Translations under genes and position numbers: made by a program
From: Lachnospiraceae bacterium UBA938
GTDB taxonomy: Bacteria; Bacillota; Clostridia; Lachnospirales; Lachnospiraceae
Length of the DNA: 64,000 nt
Reading direction: 5' to 3'
Assembly: GCA_002293475.1 (NCBI GenBank)
Contig: DBDG01000059.1
Coordinates: 31,726-95,725 of the forward strand
Notes under the pieces: generated by a model
Database searches by the model: none
Seen by the model: the letters and a program-made list of their open reading frames with translations, nothing else
Told to the model about the DNA's origin: nothing
Shown: piece after piece, positions 18,109-26,704 of the stretch
How positions within the stretch are numbered: the stretch's first letter is position 1
How the letters are laid out: each line of letters opens with the position of its first letter

Positions 18109-19371
18109 ATGAATGTGAATATGTATGTGAATATGAAGGAGAAACGAAATAAGAGAAATAAGATAAGTAAGATAAGTAAGATAAGTAAGATAAGTAAGGC
18201 GGCAACTATATTTTGGGTTTTGATGTTTGTTTTAGTGAGCATATCTGGTTGCAGTCAGAACAATATTGCAGTTGATAACGAACAGATATCGGCAGAGAAT
18301 GAACAGGCAGATAATGAACAGGCAGATAATGAACAGACAGATAATGAACAGACACCGGCAGATCAGACGGATAGTCAGTCTGTGGAGGATCAGCCAGAAG
18401 AGAAAATAAGTATTGTCTGTACGATTTTTCCGCAGTATGACTGGGTGCGGGAGATTTTAGGCGACAGGACAGAGGATGTGGAACTGACGCTTTTGCTGAA
18501 CGGAATGGCCGATCTTCACAGTTATCAGCCTACGGTAGAGGATATTGTAAAAATATCAAGCTGCGATCTGCTTATCTATACTGGCGGCGAATCTGACGTT
18601 TGGGTGGAGGATGTGCTTCAAGATGCAACGAATCCGAATATGGTGATCATCAATCTTCTGGAGTCTCTGGGAGATGCCGCCAAGTTAGAAGAGATACTCG
18701 AAGGCATGGAAGATGATGGGCACGAGCATGGCAGCGAAGAAGCGCACGAGGGCGAAGAAGCGCATGAAGACGATGAAGCGCATGAAGACGATGAAGCGCA
18801 TGAAGACGATGAAGCCCATGATGATCATGAAGAGGTACTTGATGAACATGTGTGGATGTCACTTAAAAATGCTGAGACGCTCTGCTTAGTTATTGAAGAG
18901 ACATTGTCTGTTCTGGATTCTGAGCATGCCGAGCAGTATGAAAGCAATATGCTCACATATGTAGAAAAACTTTCAACCTTAGACAGGCAGTATCAGGAGG
19001 CAATAGGTGCAGCACCGAATAAGACCTTGTTAATCGGGGATCGGCATCCTTACCGCTATCTGTTGGATGACTATGGCTTGAGCTGCTTTGCGGCCTTTGT
19101 CGGATGTTCAGCCGAAACTGAGGCGAGCTTTGAGACGATTGTCTTTTTATCAAAGAAGCTTGATGAGCTGGATCTGAAGCATGTTATCGTGACAGAAAGC
19201 ACTGATCAAGCCTTGGCCAATACCATTATTGAAAACAGCACGGACAAAGATCAGAGGATTCTTGTGCTGGACTCCCTGCAGTCTGTGACGACGCAAAATA
19301 TGGGGGAAGGCATGACGTATCTTTCCATCATGGAGAGCAACCTAGATGTATTAAAAGAAGCTGTGGGATAA
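18109..19371 (+). CDS. znuA: Metal (probably zinc) ABC transporter substrate-binding lipoprotein, ZnuA/AdcA-like
   Basis: Lipobox 'LVSISGCSQ'. His/Asp/Glu-rich loop 'HEHGSEEAHEGEEAHEDDEAHEDDEAHEDDEAHDDHEE' is typical of Zn-specific cluster A-I binding proteins. It is followed by ATPase and permease genes. Confidence 0.75.
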   Translation: MNVNMYVNMKEKRNKRNKISKISKISKISKAATIFWVLMFVLVSISGCSQNNIAVDNEQISAENEQADNEQADNEQTDNEQTPADQTDSQSVEDQPEEKISIVCTIFPQYDWVREILGDRTEDVELTLLLNGMADLHSYQPTVEDIVKISSCDLLIYTGGESDVWVEDVLQDATNPNMVIINLLESLGDAAKLEEILEGMEDDGHEHGSEEAHEGEEAHEDDEAHEDDEAHEDDEAHDDHEEVLDEHVWMSLKNAETLCLVIEETLSVLDSEHAEQYESNMLTYVEKLSTLDRQYQEAIGAAPNKTLLIGDRHPYRYLLDDYGLSCFAAFVGCSAETEASFETIVFLSKKLDELDLKHVIVTESTDQALANTIIENSTDKDQRILVLDSLQSVTTQNMGEGMTYLSIMESNLDVLKEAVG

Positions 19372-19421
19372 AAGGTACTATAAAACTATATAAAAATACA
19401 GCACAATAAGGAGATGTTAAT

Positions 19422-20135
19422 ATGCCACAGCTGTCCTGTCAGGACATTACCCTTGGATATGAAGGGAAGATCGTAGTTGCCAATCTTTCTTTTACGGTCA
19501 GTGCCGGAGATTATCTGTGCGTGGTCGGGGAGAACGGTTCCGGTAAAACTACTTTGATGCAGTCAATACTGAGGTTAAAAGCGCCTATGTCAGGTCAGGT
19601 CGTCACCGGTGACGGCCTGAAGCCTGCTGAGATTGGCTATTTACCCCAGCAGACGGAGGTTCAGAAGGATTTTCCTGCCTCCGTGCGGGAAGTGGTCCGT
19701 TCCGGCTGTCTGAACGGATGCGGCTACCGGCCTTACTATAGTAAGGCGCAAAAGGATATGGCAGACGAGAATATGGAAAAACTGGGTATTGCGGATCTGG
19801 CGAAACGCTGTTACCGGGAACTGTCCGGCGGCCAGCAGCAGCGGGTGCTGCTGGCTCGGGCATTATGCGCAACTAGGAAGCTTTTACTGCTGGATGAGCC
19901 GGTGGTGGGGCTTGATCCCAAAGTCACGAAAGAATTGTATGATATAATAGAAACACTGAACAAAAGCGGCATTACCGTCATGATGATATCGCATGACATT
20001 GCCATGGCGGTAAACTATGCTTCGCATATCCTGCATATCGGCAATCAGCAACTGCTGTATTACGGGATTACAGAAAACTATCTGCAGAGCGAGCTGGGTA
20101 AGAGATATGCCGGATGGGGAGGTGCCAGGGTATGA
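19422..20135 (+). CDS. znuC: Metal ABC transporter ATP-binding protein
   Basis: Walker A 'GENGSGKTT', signature 'LSGGQQQRVLLARA', Walker B 'LLLLDEP'. Confidence 0.8.
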   Translation: MPQLSCQDITLGYEGKIVVANLSFTVSAGDYLCVVGENGSGKTTLMQSILRLKAPMSGQVVTGDGLKPAEIGYLPQQTEVQKDFPASVREVVRSGCLNGCGYRPYYSKAQKDMADENMEKLGIADLAKRCYRELSGGQQQRVLLARALCATRKLLLLDEPVVGLDPKVTKELYDIIETLNKSGITVMMISHDIAMAVNYASHILHIGNQQLLYYGITENYLQSELGKRYAGWGGARV

Positions 20136-21025
20136 CAGCGGGAACTTTTTGGGAGAATGTCCAGAAGCTATCAGCTCAGGAAATAATAAGCAAACTGGCA
20201 GAATATTTTGAATTTGTCAATGTCCGCTATGCGTTGGTGGTCGGTATTTTCATTGCCTTTTGCTCGGCGCTTCTGGGGGTTACGCTGGTATTGAAGAGAT
20301 TTTCGTTTATCGGCGACGGGCTTTCCCATGTCGCGTTCGGAGCTACGGCGGTGGCTACGGCGTTAGAACTGGCCAGTGATTTTGTGCTGGTCCTGCCAGT
20401 TACGGTTATTTGTGCTATTTTACTGCTTAGATCCAGTCAAAACAGCAAGATTAAGGGAGATGCCGCGACGGCGATGATCTCAGTGGGTACCCTGGCAATC
20501 GGCTATCTGGTGATGAACTTAAATCCTCAGTCGACGAACGTGGCCGGTGATGTCTGCTCGACGCTGTTCGGCTCCTTGTCGATCCTGACGCTGACTGCGG
20601 CAGAGGTATGGCTATGTGTGATTCTATCGATTGCCGTTATCATAATATTTTTTGTTCTTTATCATAAAATATTCGCCGTTACCTTTGACGAAAACTTTGC
20701 GACGGCGACCGGAACCGGAGCAAAAAGCTATAATCTAATCCTGTCCGTAATCATTGCCGTGATTGTCGTCTTGGGGATGAATATGGTAGGCTCGCTTTTG
20801 ATCTCGGCGCTGGTGATCTTTCCGGCCTTATCGGCTATGCGGGTTTTTAAGAGCTTTAAGGCCGTGATCCTTTGTTCGGCGGCGGTTTCGGTAATATCGG
20901 CGACGGTCGGGATGTTGATTGCGATCCTGGTGGGGACACCGGTGGGTCCCACGATTGTAGCTATTTATATTGTCGGGTTTGCGTTTTTTAGCGCAATTGG
21001 ATTTCTGACTGGTCTAAGACGTTAG
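20132..21025 (+). CDS. znuB: Metal ABC transporter permease
   Basis: ATG at 20132 overlaps the upstream stop (ATGA). The protein has about 8 hydrophobic helices. The operon context fits. Confidence 0.75.
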   Translation: MTAGTFWENVQKLSAQEIISKLAEYFEFVNVRYALVVGIFIAFCSALLGVTLVLKRFSFIGDGLSHVAFGATAVATALELASDFVLVLPVTVICAILLLRSSQNSKIKGDAATAMISVGTLAIGYLVMNLNPQSTNVAGDVCSTLFGSLSILTLTAAEVWLCVILSIAVIIIFFVLYHKIFAVTFDENFATATGTGAKSYNLILSVIIAVIVVLGMNMVGSLLISALVIFPALSAMRVFKSFKAVILCSAAVSVISATVGMLIAILVGTPVGPTIVAIYIVGFAFFSAIGFLTGLRR

Positions 21026-21059
21026 TAGAAATGAGGCAGTTTTGCGGGAAGGAGAATAA

Positions 21060-21554
21060 ATGAGGAAAAAGTGGATGTTACTATTAGCAGCCAGCTTGTT
21101 ATTGACATGGAGTGTTGGCTGTGCGGAAGTTCCGTCGGAAGGCACCGGCAGCGTAAGCAATGGGGAAAGTACCGGAGGTGGCGAAAGCGGTACGGCGGCG
21201 GATGTCGATATCGACCTGACGACGCTCAGCAGTACCATGGTATATGCTGAGGTATATAATATCATGACAAACCCGGATGATTATATCGGGAAGACGATCC
21301 GCATGCGTGGCCCATATATTAATTCGTTTTACGACGTAACAGGCCTGAATTATCATTATGTGATGATCAAGGATGCGGCGGCCTGCTGCCAGCAGGGAAT
21401 AGAATTTAAATTGCCGGAAGACCTTGCCTATCCGCAGGATTATCCGGTAGTGGATACGGAAATCGAAGTGGCCGGCGTGTTCGGAAGCTATGATGAGCTG
21501 GATTATACCTATTATTATCTGGAAGTGGATGAAATGTCAGTAATCGAAGGATAG
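21060..21554 (+). CDS. Putative lipoprotein, function unknown
   Basis: Signal peptide plus lipobox 'LLLTWSVGC'. RBS 'ggaaggag' lies upstream. Confidence 0.6.
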   Translation: MRKKWMLLLAASLLLTWSVGCAEVPSEGTGSVSNGESTGGGESGTAADVDIDLTTLSSTMVYAEVYNIMTNPDDYIGKTIRMRGPYINSFYDVTGLNYHYVMIKDAAACCQQGIEFKLPEDLAYPQDYPVVDTEIEVAGVFGSYDELDYTYYYLEVDEMSVIEG

Positions 21555-21647
21555 GCCCATTGGTCAAGCCGTTTCAGTGTAATTTGCCCGAGCAACCGCC
21601 ATCAGGCAGTCCGGCGATTACATGAAGCGAGCCTAAGGAGCAGCCTT

Positions 21648-22532
21648 ATGGTCAGTAATCTGGAATATTATAAAGTGTTTTATTATGTGGCGCAATGCGG
21701 GAGCCTGACGGTTGCGGCGGAAAAACTGTCCATTTCCCAGCCGGCCGTAAGCCAGGCGGTGAAGCAGCTGGAGACCAATCTGGGTGTCAGGCTGTTTTCC
21801 CGCGTGTCTAAGGGGGTTCGCCTGACGAAAGAAGGCGCCCTTTTACATGAATATGTGGCAACGGGATATGAACGGATTGAGCTGGGAGAGCAGAAGCTAA
21901 GAAAGATGCTGGATCTTGAACTAGGAGAGCTGCGGATCGGAGCCAGTGATATGACCCTGCAGTTTTATCTACTGCCGTATCTGGAAAGCTACCATGAAAA
22001 ATATCCTCAGATCAAGGTTCAGGTCAGCAACGGGCCGACACCGGAAACGTTGATGCTGTTAGAGAACGGGAGCATTGACTTTGCTATCGTGAGCAGTCCG
22101 TTTGAGAAGAAGCGGCACATGAAAGTGACAGAAGTAAAGGAAATAGAAGATGTGTTTGTTGCGGGACGAAAGTTCATGCAGTACAAAAACCGGATGCTGG
22201 ATCTGCAAGAGCTGGAAAAACTCCCTTTGATTACGTTAGAGCAAAATACCAGTACAAGGACTTTTATGGATGATTATCTACGGAAGAACGGAGTAGAGAT
22301 CAGCCCGGAATTTGAGCTGGCCAACAGCGGAATCATCGTCCAGTTTGCTTTGCGCAATCTGGGGGTCGGCAGCGTCATGAAGGATTTTGCCCAAAAAGAC
22401 CTGGATTCGGGGAAGCTGTTTGAACTGCGGTTCAACAAGATAATACCGAAGCGTCAGTTCTGTGTAGTAACCCATACGGAGAACCGACTTTCGGTGGCAG
22501 CAGAGAATTTCTTGGAAGTACTTGGCAAATAA
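21648..22532 (+). CDS. LysR family transcriptional regulator
   Basis: N-terminal HTH 'GSLTVAAEKLSISQPAVSQAVKQLE'. Length 294 aa. Confidence 0.85.
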   Translation: MVSNLEYYKVFYYVAQCGSLTVAAEKLSISQPAVSQAVKQLETNLGVRLFSRVSKGVRLTKEGALLHEYVATGYERIELGEQKLRKMLDLELGELRIGASDMTLQFYLLPYLESYHEKYPQIKVQVSNGPTPETLMLLENGSIDFAIVSSPFEKKRHMKVTEVKEIEDVFVAGRKFMQYKNRMLDLQELEKLPLITLEQNTSTRTFMDDYLRKNGVEISPEFELANSGIIVQFALRNLGVGSVMKDFAQKDLDSGKLFELRFNKIIPKRQFCVVTHTENRLSVAAENFLEVLGK

Positions 22533-22566
22533 GCGCAGTGGGTTGCAGTAGTGTGAGAGGCGTATA

Positions 22567-22779
22567 TCAGTTATCCGGCTCTCTTTTTTTCATCTTACCG
22601 ACAGACCAGATAGTCAGCCATAAGAGAATAGGCAGCCCGATGGAGGCAACCAAGCAGGCGGCAAACAGGCGTTCCTTGCCAGGGAAATCCAAGATGGCCA
22701 CAACAAAGGTGACGATATAGAGGGAGACCAATAAAACGATGCCTGTGATAGCGGCAATCTGTTTTGGTGTTTTTTTCAT
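22567..22779 (-). CDS. Small membrane protein (70 aa, two TM helices)
   Basis: ORF with two hydrophobic stretches and a charged C-terminus. Confidence 0.45.
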   Translation of the reverse strand: MKKTPKQIAAITGIVLLVSLYIVTFVVAILDFPGKERLFAACLVASIGLPILLWLTIWSVGKMKKREPDN

Positions 22780-22907
22780 TGGATATTTTTCCTTTACAGT
22801 TTTTCCTTAAGATTGACTATATCACAAATCATGAAGATTGAAAACCCCCCAAGATAGGCGACGATACAAGAATATAGACAAAAATATAATTTTGTTAATT
22901 TTTATTG

Positions 22908-22936
22908 TTTACAAATTTGGTTTTTTCATATATAAT
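22908..22936 (+). promoter_or_regulatory. Sigma-A-type promoter in front of the precursor-peptide candidate
   Basis: TTTACA (22908-22913), 17-nt spacer, TATAAT (22931-22936). Confidence 0.55.
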
Positions 22937-23015
22937 CATATTGTTAAAATAACATTTAATATTGTCATACTACAATATCAGGTGTTTAATAATGTATTAT
23001 TATAAGGAGGTCAAG

Positions 23016-23258
23016 ATGAATATTACCGATGAACAAATGCAGATGCTGGAAAAGCAAGCAGTAGATATGGTTAAGCGCTCAATAAAGGGGGCTTTCGAGT
23101 CGCCAGACCTTGTCCGGCTGGGCGAAGATGAAACAGGCAATAAGACAAGCAGGGATATGGGTGAGTCTGTGGTGGCATCTGTGGCAGGCGGAGTGGCAAG
23201 CGGTGTAGCAAGTGCCGTTGTGGCTTCCATGATACCAGGACCGGTGGTTCCGGGCTGA
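23016..23258 (+). CDS. Candidate RiPP precursor peptide (80 aa)
   Basis: ATG at 23016 lies 5 nt after AAGGAGG (23004-23010). The N-terminal half is charged and helix-prone. The C-terminus is Cys-free: 'SVVASVAGGVASGVASAVVASMIPGPVVPG'. It is the first gene of a PqqD-like / radical SAM operon. Confidence 0.6.
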   Translation: MNITDEQMQMLEKQAVDMVKRSIKGAFESPDLVRLGEDETGNKTSRDMGESVVASVAGGVASGVASAVVASMIPGPVVPG

Positions 23259-23477
23259 TCAAAATGATTCATACATGCTTCGCGAAGGTTTGCTGGTTAG
23301 TAGTAAATGTTATAAAAAGATAATTAATGGAATAAGATACAATAGAACAATAGCACATATGACAAAGGGGATGGACCGATGAGCGAGATGATGCATGAAA
23401 ACCAGCGTAATGGTTCCCAGCCCGGTGATTCCAGGCTGATTTTAACAGAGTTGCCACTATAATAAAGGAGCACAAAG

Positions 23478-23756
23478 GTGCAAAAAAGGATACGTTTAGA
23501 ATGTGCAAGCTGGTATCGCCGTGATGACGGAGTGGTTCAGATAATCGGCAAAAACGGCAGAACTACTATTTTAAATAAAGCTTATTCGGAAGTTTGGGAC
23601 AAAATCGGATATGAGATAGAGAGCGGCGATCTGTGTAACGAAATGAAGGATGTTATGTCGGAAGAACTGATTATGCACATTTTGGATGAATTTATCAATA
23701 AAAATATGATTACGGTTACATCCGAAGCAGATAATTTTGATATGCTGTTCAATTAA
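23478..23756 (+). CDS. PqqD-like small protein (putative RiPP recognition element / peptide chaperone)
   Basis: 92 aa, GTG start after AAGGAG. The pattern 'LNKAYSEVWDKI...ESGDLCNEM...EELIMHILDEFINKNMI' resembles the PqqD family. It lies immediately upstream of radical SAM genes. Confidence 0.6.
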   Translation: MQKRIRLECASWYRRDDGVVQIIGKNGRTTILNKAYSEVWDKIGYEIESGDLCNEMKDVMSEELIMHILDEFINKNMITVTSEADNFDMLFN

Positions 23757-23778
23757 AAAGCGGATATGGGGTGTAACG

Positions 23779-25083
23779 ATGCGAAGCACGGATGTTTTAT
23801 TGATCAATCTCCCGACCGGGAGCTGGTATAAAGAAAGGCTGGCAGAATCCAACTCAATGCCGCCGCTGGGGCTACTATATATAGCGGCGGTCCTAAAGGA
23901 TAATGGGTTTGCGGTCAAGCTGGCAGATTTTGCCGTAGAGGAGTTCTCAAAAGAAAAATTATCGGCATATTTAGATGAATGTCAGTCGGGCATTGTAGGT
24001 ATGAGTACATATAATGAGTCTTGGAATGCCCAAAAGATTTTATGCGAACATATTAAGGCAAACTATCCGGCTATAACAGTTCTGGCTGGGGGTGCTTTTG
24101 CGACATTCTGCTATTCTGATATATTGCGTAAAACTAAAACAGACTATGTGCTTCGTGGTGAAGGGGAAAGATCCTTTTTACAATTCTGCAATTGCTTTTT
24201 TCATAAGGAAGGCTTTAAGGAAAAAGTCAGAAGCGTAAAGGGGATCGCTTTTTTGGAAGAAAACAATCAGGTGTTTGAGAATGGTCTAGCGGGCCGGATA
24301 TGCGATCTGGATGAACTGCCGTTTCCTGACCGTAGCTTGGTGAATCTGAAAAATTACGTACTGCCTTTTACGGTAAGTACATCCCGGGGCTGTCCGGGCA
24401 ACTGTATTTTCTGTTCTTCCAAGTCCTTCTGGGGGCAAAAGGTTATTATGCGTTCGGCAGAGAATATATATAAAGAGGTAGCGCAACTCCACAAAGAGTA
24501 TAAAACAAATCTATTTTATATTACCGATGATACATTTACGGCATCTAGGAAAAGATGTAATGATTTTTGTGAAATGCTGTTACAATCGGGCATTAAATAT
24601 ATCTGGGGCTGTGAGTCTAGGGCTGATATTGTTGATGAAGAATTAATTAAATTATTATATGAATCAGGCTGCCATAAGATTCAGTTTGGCTTTGAAAGCG
24701 CGAATAATGAAATCTTAAGGAAGTTAAAAAAACATGTAACAATAGAACAAATAGAAAATGCGGTAAGACTTGCCCATAAATATAATATGCACATACAGAC
24801 GTCATATATTATCGGGCACGCATTTGATACAAAGGAAACAATTGAACATACAATTTCTTTTGCAAGATACCTGCGGGACACCTATGGGGCTCGGGTAGCT
24901 TGCAGCGTAAATACGCCGTTCCCTGGTACCGAACAATTTGAAAAACGCGAAGAACTGGGAATCAAGATATATACTGATGACTGGTCGCAATACCTTTTGA
25001 ATGTTCCGATTATCAGTACAGATCATATGTCCCGGAATGATCTTGGATATTATCTGGGAGTGGGTCAGCAATTGGTCGATTAA
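23779..25083 (+). CDS. B12-binding-domain (class B) radical SAM enzyme
   Basis: The N-terminal segment 'LLINLP...PPLGLLYIAAVLKDNGFAVKLADF' is cobalamin-binding-domain like. The radical SAM motif is 'RGCPGNCIFCSS' (CxxxCxxC). Confidence 0.8.
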   Translation: MRSTDVLLINLPTGSWYKERLAESNSMPPLGLLYIAAVLKDNGFAVKLADFAVEEFSKEKLSAYLDECQSGIVGMSTYNESWNAQKILCEHIKANYPAITVLAGGAFATFCYSDILRKTKTDYVLRGEGERSFLQFCNCFFHKEGFKEKVRSVKGIAFLEENNQVFENGLAGRICDLDELPFPDRSLVNLKNYVLPFTVSTSRGCPGNCIFCSSKSFWGQKVIMRSAENIYKEVAQLHKEYKTNLFYITDDTFTASRKRCNDFCEMLLQSGIKYIWGCESRADIVDEELIKLLYESGCHKIQFGFESANNEILRKLKKHVTIEQIENAVRLAHKYNMHIQTSYIIGHAFDTKETIEHTISFARYLRDTYGARVACSVNTPFPGTEQFEKREELGIKIYTDDWSQYLLNVPIISTDHMSRNDLGYYLGVGQQLVD

Positions 25084-25129
25084 GGCGGTGTGCCGGTATG
25101 GAGCGGAACAGAACGAGAAGGAGCGAGGA

Positions 25130-26443
25130 TTGGAAGTATTAAATAAATATTATATATTTGCGAAAGACAAATATTTAATTAAGCCAATAGAAAACAGCTT
25201 TTTCCTTATTTCCAACGAGTTATTTGAAGTGCTGTGTGTCAATGAAACAGGTATTGAAATCATTAATGAATTAGATGGAACCAAGACAGTTAATGATATA
25301 ATTTCCAAGCTTTCCGGAGACTATGGCATTGAGGAGGATATTATATCCGAGCTGGTAGTGCAGTTTGTCATTAAATTAGTTAAGAGTGATCTGATAACCG
25401 ATGTTTTGTCTGAATATTCCTCAAATACAATTAACAAGCAAGACAGACTCCGAAGATTCTATGTTAGTATAGCCGGAAGGGAAGGGGAAGAACTGAATCC
25501 TGATATCATTGCTGATATTCTGGAAATGGTCCAGACAGATAATGACAAAATATTAATATATGTACATGGCAAAGAGCCAATGCTTCATTCCCGTTTTGAT
25601 GAGGTGTTGCAAATCCTTAGCAAAACTAAGCAGAACAATATTATTGTTTGTACGGATGGAAATATTTTACGCCATGGCTGGAAGACCGCTATACAAGAAT
25701 ATGTAAATGGTATTATGCTTAAATTTGCCCATACGGATAGAGAAATTAATGATCAGGTATTGGGCAAGGGTCATTATGACCATTATAAAGAAGCGCTGCA
25801 GTTTTACCGGGATTGCCGCGTGCCGGTCTACATGAATGTCATACCGACGGAGAAAAATATTGATAGTTTAACCGATATTCAGCAGTATGCGTATGACCTC
25901 CATATGAATGGGATTCAATTTCAGACTTCCTGTTTCCCGGGCAGTGTGAAGCCGCAGGACGGCTTGGTCAAAGATTACGAAGGGCAATATAAACAGGTTA
26001 AAAAGGAATTATATAAATTAAGCAATTTTTTGAACGCTTGGCGAAACAATCGTAGCAAAAGTGCAGGCCGGGAATTTCCGCTGTTCTTTGAGGATGACAG
26101 ATGCTTTTCCGGGTTTCGTGCCCTTTCCTGCATGTCTCATTGCGGTCTGATGTTAAATGAAATCAGTGTGGATTTACAAGGCCGGATATATCCTTGTCAT
26201 AAGCTGCACTGCGATGAGTTTATGTTTAAAAACGCCGATGAGTATCTGGCCAATAAAGATAGATTCAAGAAAGAGAGGGTTACTAACAATAAGTGTAATG
26301 AATGTGATTTCTGGCTGATTTGCATGGGAGGGTGCCGGGCAGATACCTATCATCATCGGGGCGAGATGTCGGCATTGAGCAGTGCCTGTGAGGAGCAAAA
26401 GCTGAAAATCATGGAAAGGCTTACAATGATTGCAAAAAGATAA
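25130..26443 (+). CDS. PqqD-like domain plus radical-SAM-fold plus SPASM domain protein that lacks the CxxxCxxC motif
   Basis: The C-terminal SPASM pattern is 'C-x12-G-x4-C' (CGLMLNEISVDLQGRIYPC) and 'CNECDFWLICMGGC' (Cx2Cx5Cx3C). 'RFYVSIAGREGEELNP' sits where the radical SAM cluster motif is expected. TTG at 25130 lies 6 nt after AAGGAG. The ORF-track start at 25001 would overlap the upstream gene by 83 nt. Confidence 0.7.
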   Translation: MEVLNKYYIFAKDKYLIKPIENSFFLISNELFEVLCVNETGIEIINELDGTKTVNDIISKLSGDYGIEEDIISELVVQFVIKLVKSDLITDVLSEYSSNTINKQDRLRRFYVSIAGREGEELNPDIIADILEMVQTDNDKILIYVHGKEPMLHSRFDEVLQILSKTKQNNIIVCTDGNILRHGWKTAIQEYVNGIMLKFAHTDREINDQVLGKGHYDHYKEALQFYRDCRVPVYMNVIPTEKNIDSLTDIQQYAYDLHMNGIQFQTSCFPGSVKPQDGLVKDYEGQYKQVKKELYKLSNFLNAWRNNRSKSAGREFPLFFEDDRCFSGFRALSCMSHCGLMLNEISVDLQGRIYPCHKLHCDEFMFKNADEYLANKDRFKKERVTNNKCNECDFWLICMGGCRADTYHHRGEMSALSSACEEQKLKIMERLTMIAKR

Positions 26444-26504
26444 GCAATAAAAAGCAAAAGCTGTAAAAATTAATATAATATCTTTATTTGAGTCTTTGCA
26501 AAGA

Positions 26505-26522
26505 ATATATATATATATATAT
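26505..26522. repeat. (AT)9 dinucleotide repeat
   Basis: atatatatatatatatat lies in the AT-rich intergenic region. Confidence 0.95.
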
Positions 26523-26611
26523 CAAAAAACATCTTATTCGTTAATTTAATATTGTTTATTTAAATCAAAGTCTAATCAGACAAAAATAACCACAAATATA
26601 AACAAAAAGAC

Positions 26612-26640
26612 TTGCGCAAATTGATTAAACATTATATAAT
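26612..26640 (+). promoter_or_regulatory. Sigma-A-type promoter ahead of the ABC/NRPS/PKS genes
   Basis: TTGCGC (26612-26617), 17-nt spacer, TATAAT (26635-26640). Confidence 0.5.
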
Positions 26641-26704
26641 GTACAAATACAAGCACTATATGAATTATAGATATTGTTAGTTGTTTAAGTAAAGGAGACA
26701 ATAC

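Noticed and set aside
22962-23015. Longer 98-aa version of the precursor-peptide ORF starting at 22962.
   Set aside because: That start lies just downstream of the predicted -10 element and has no RBS. The ATG at 23016 follows AAGGAGG.
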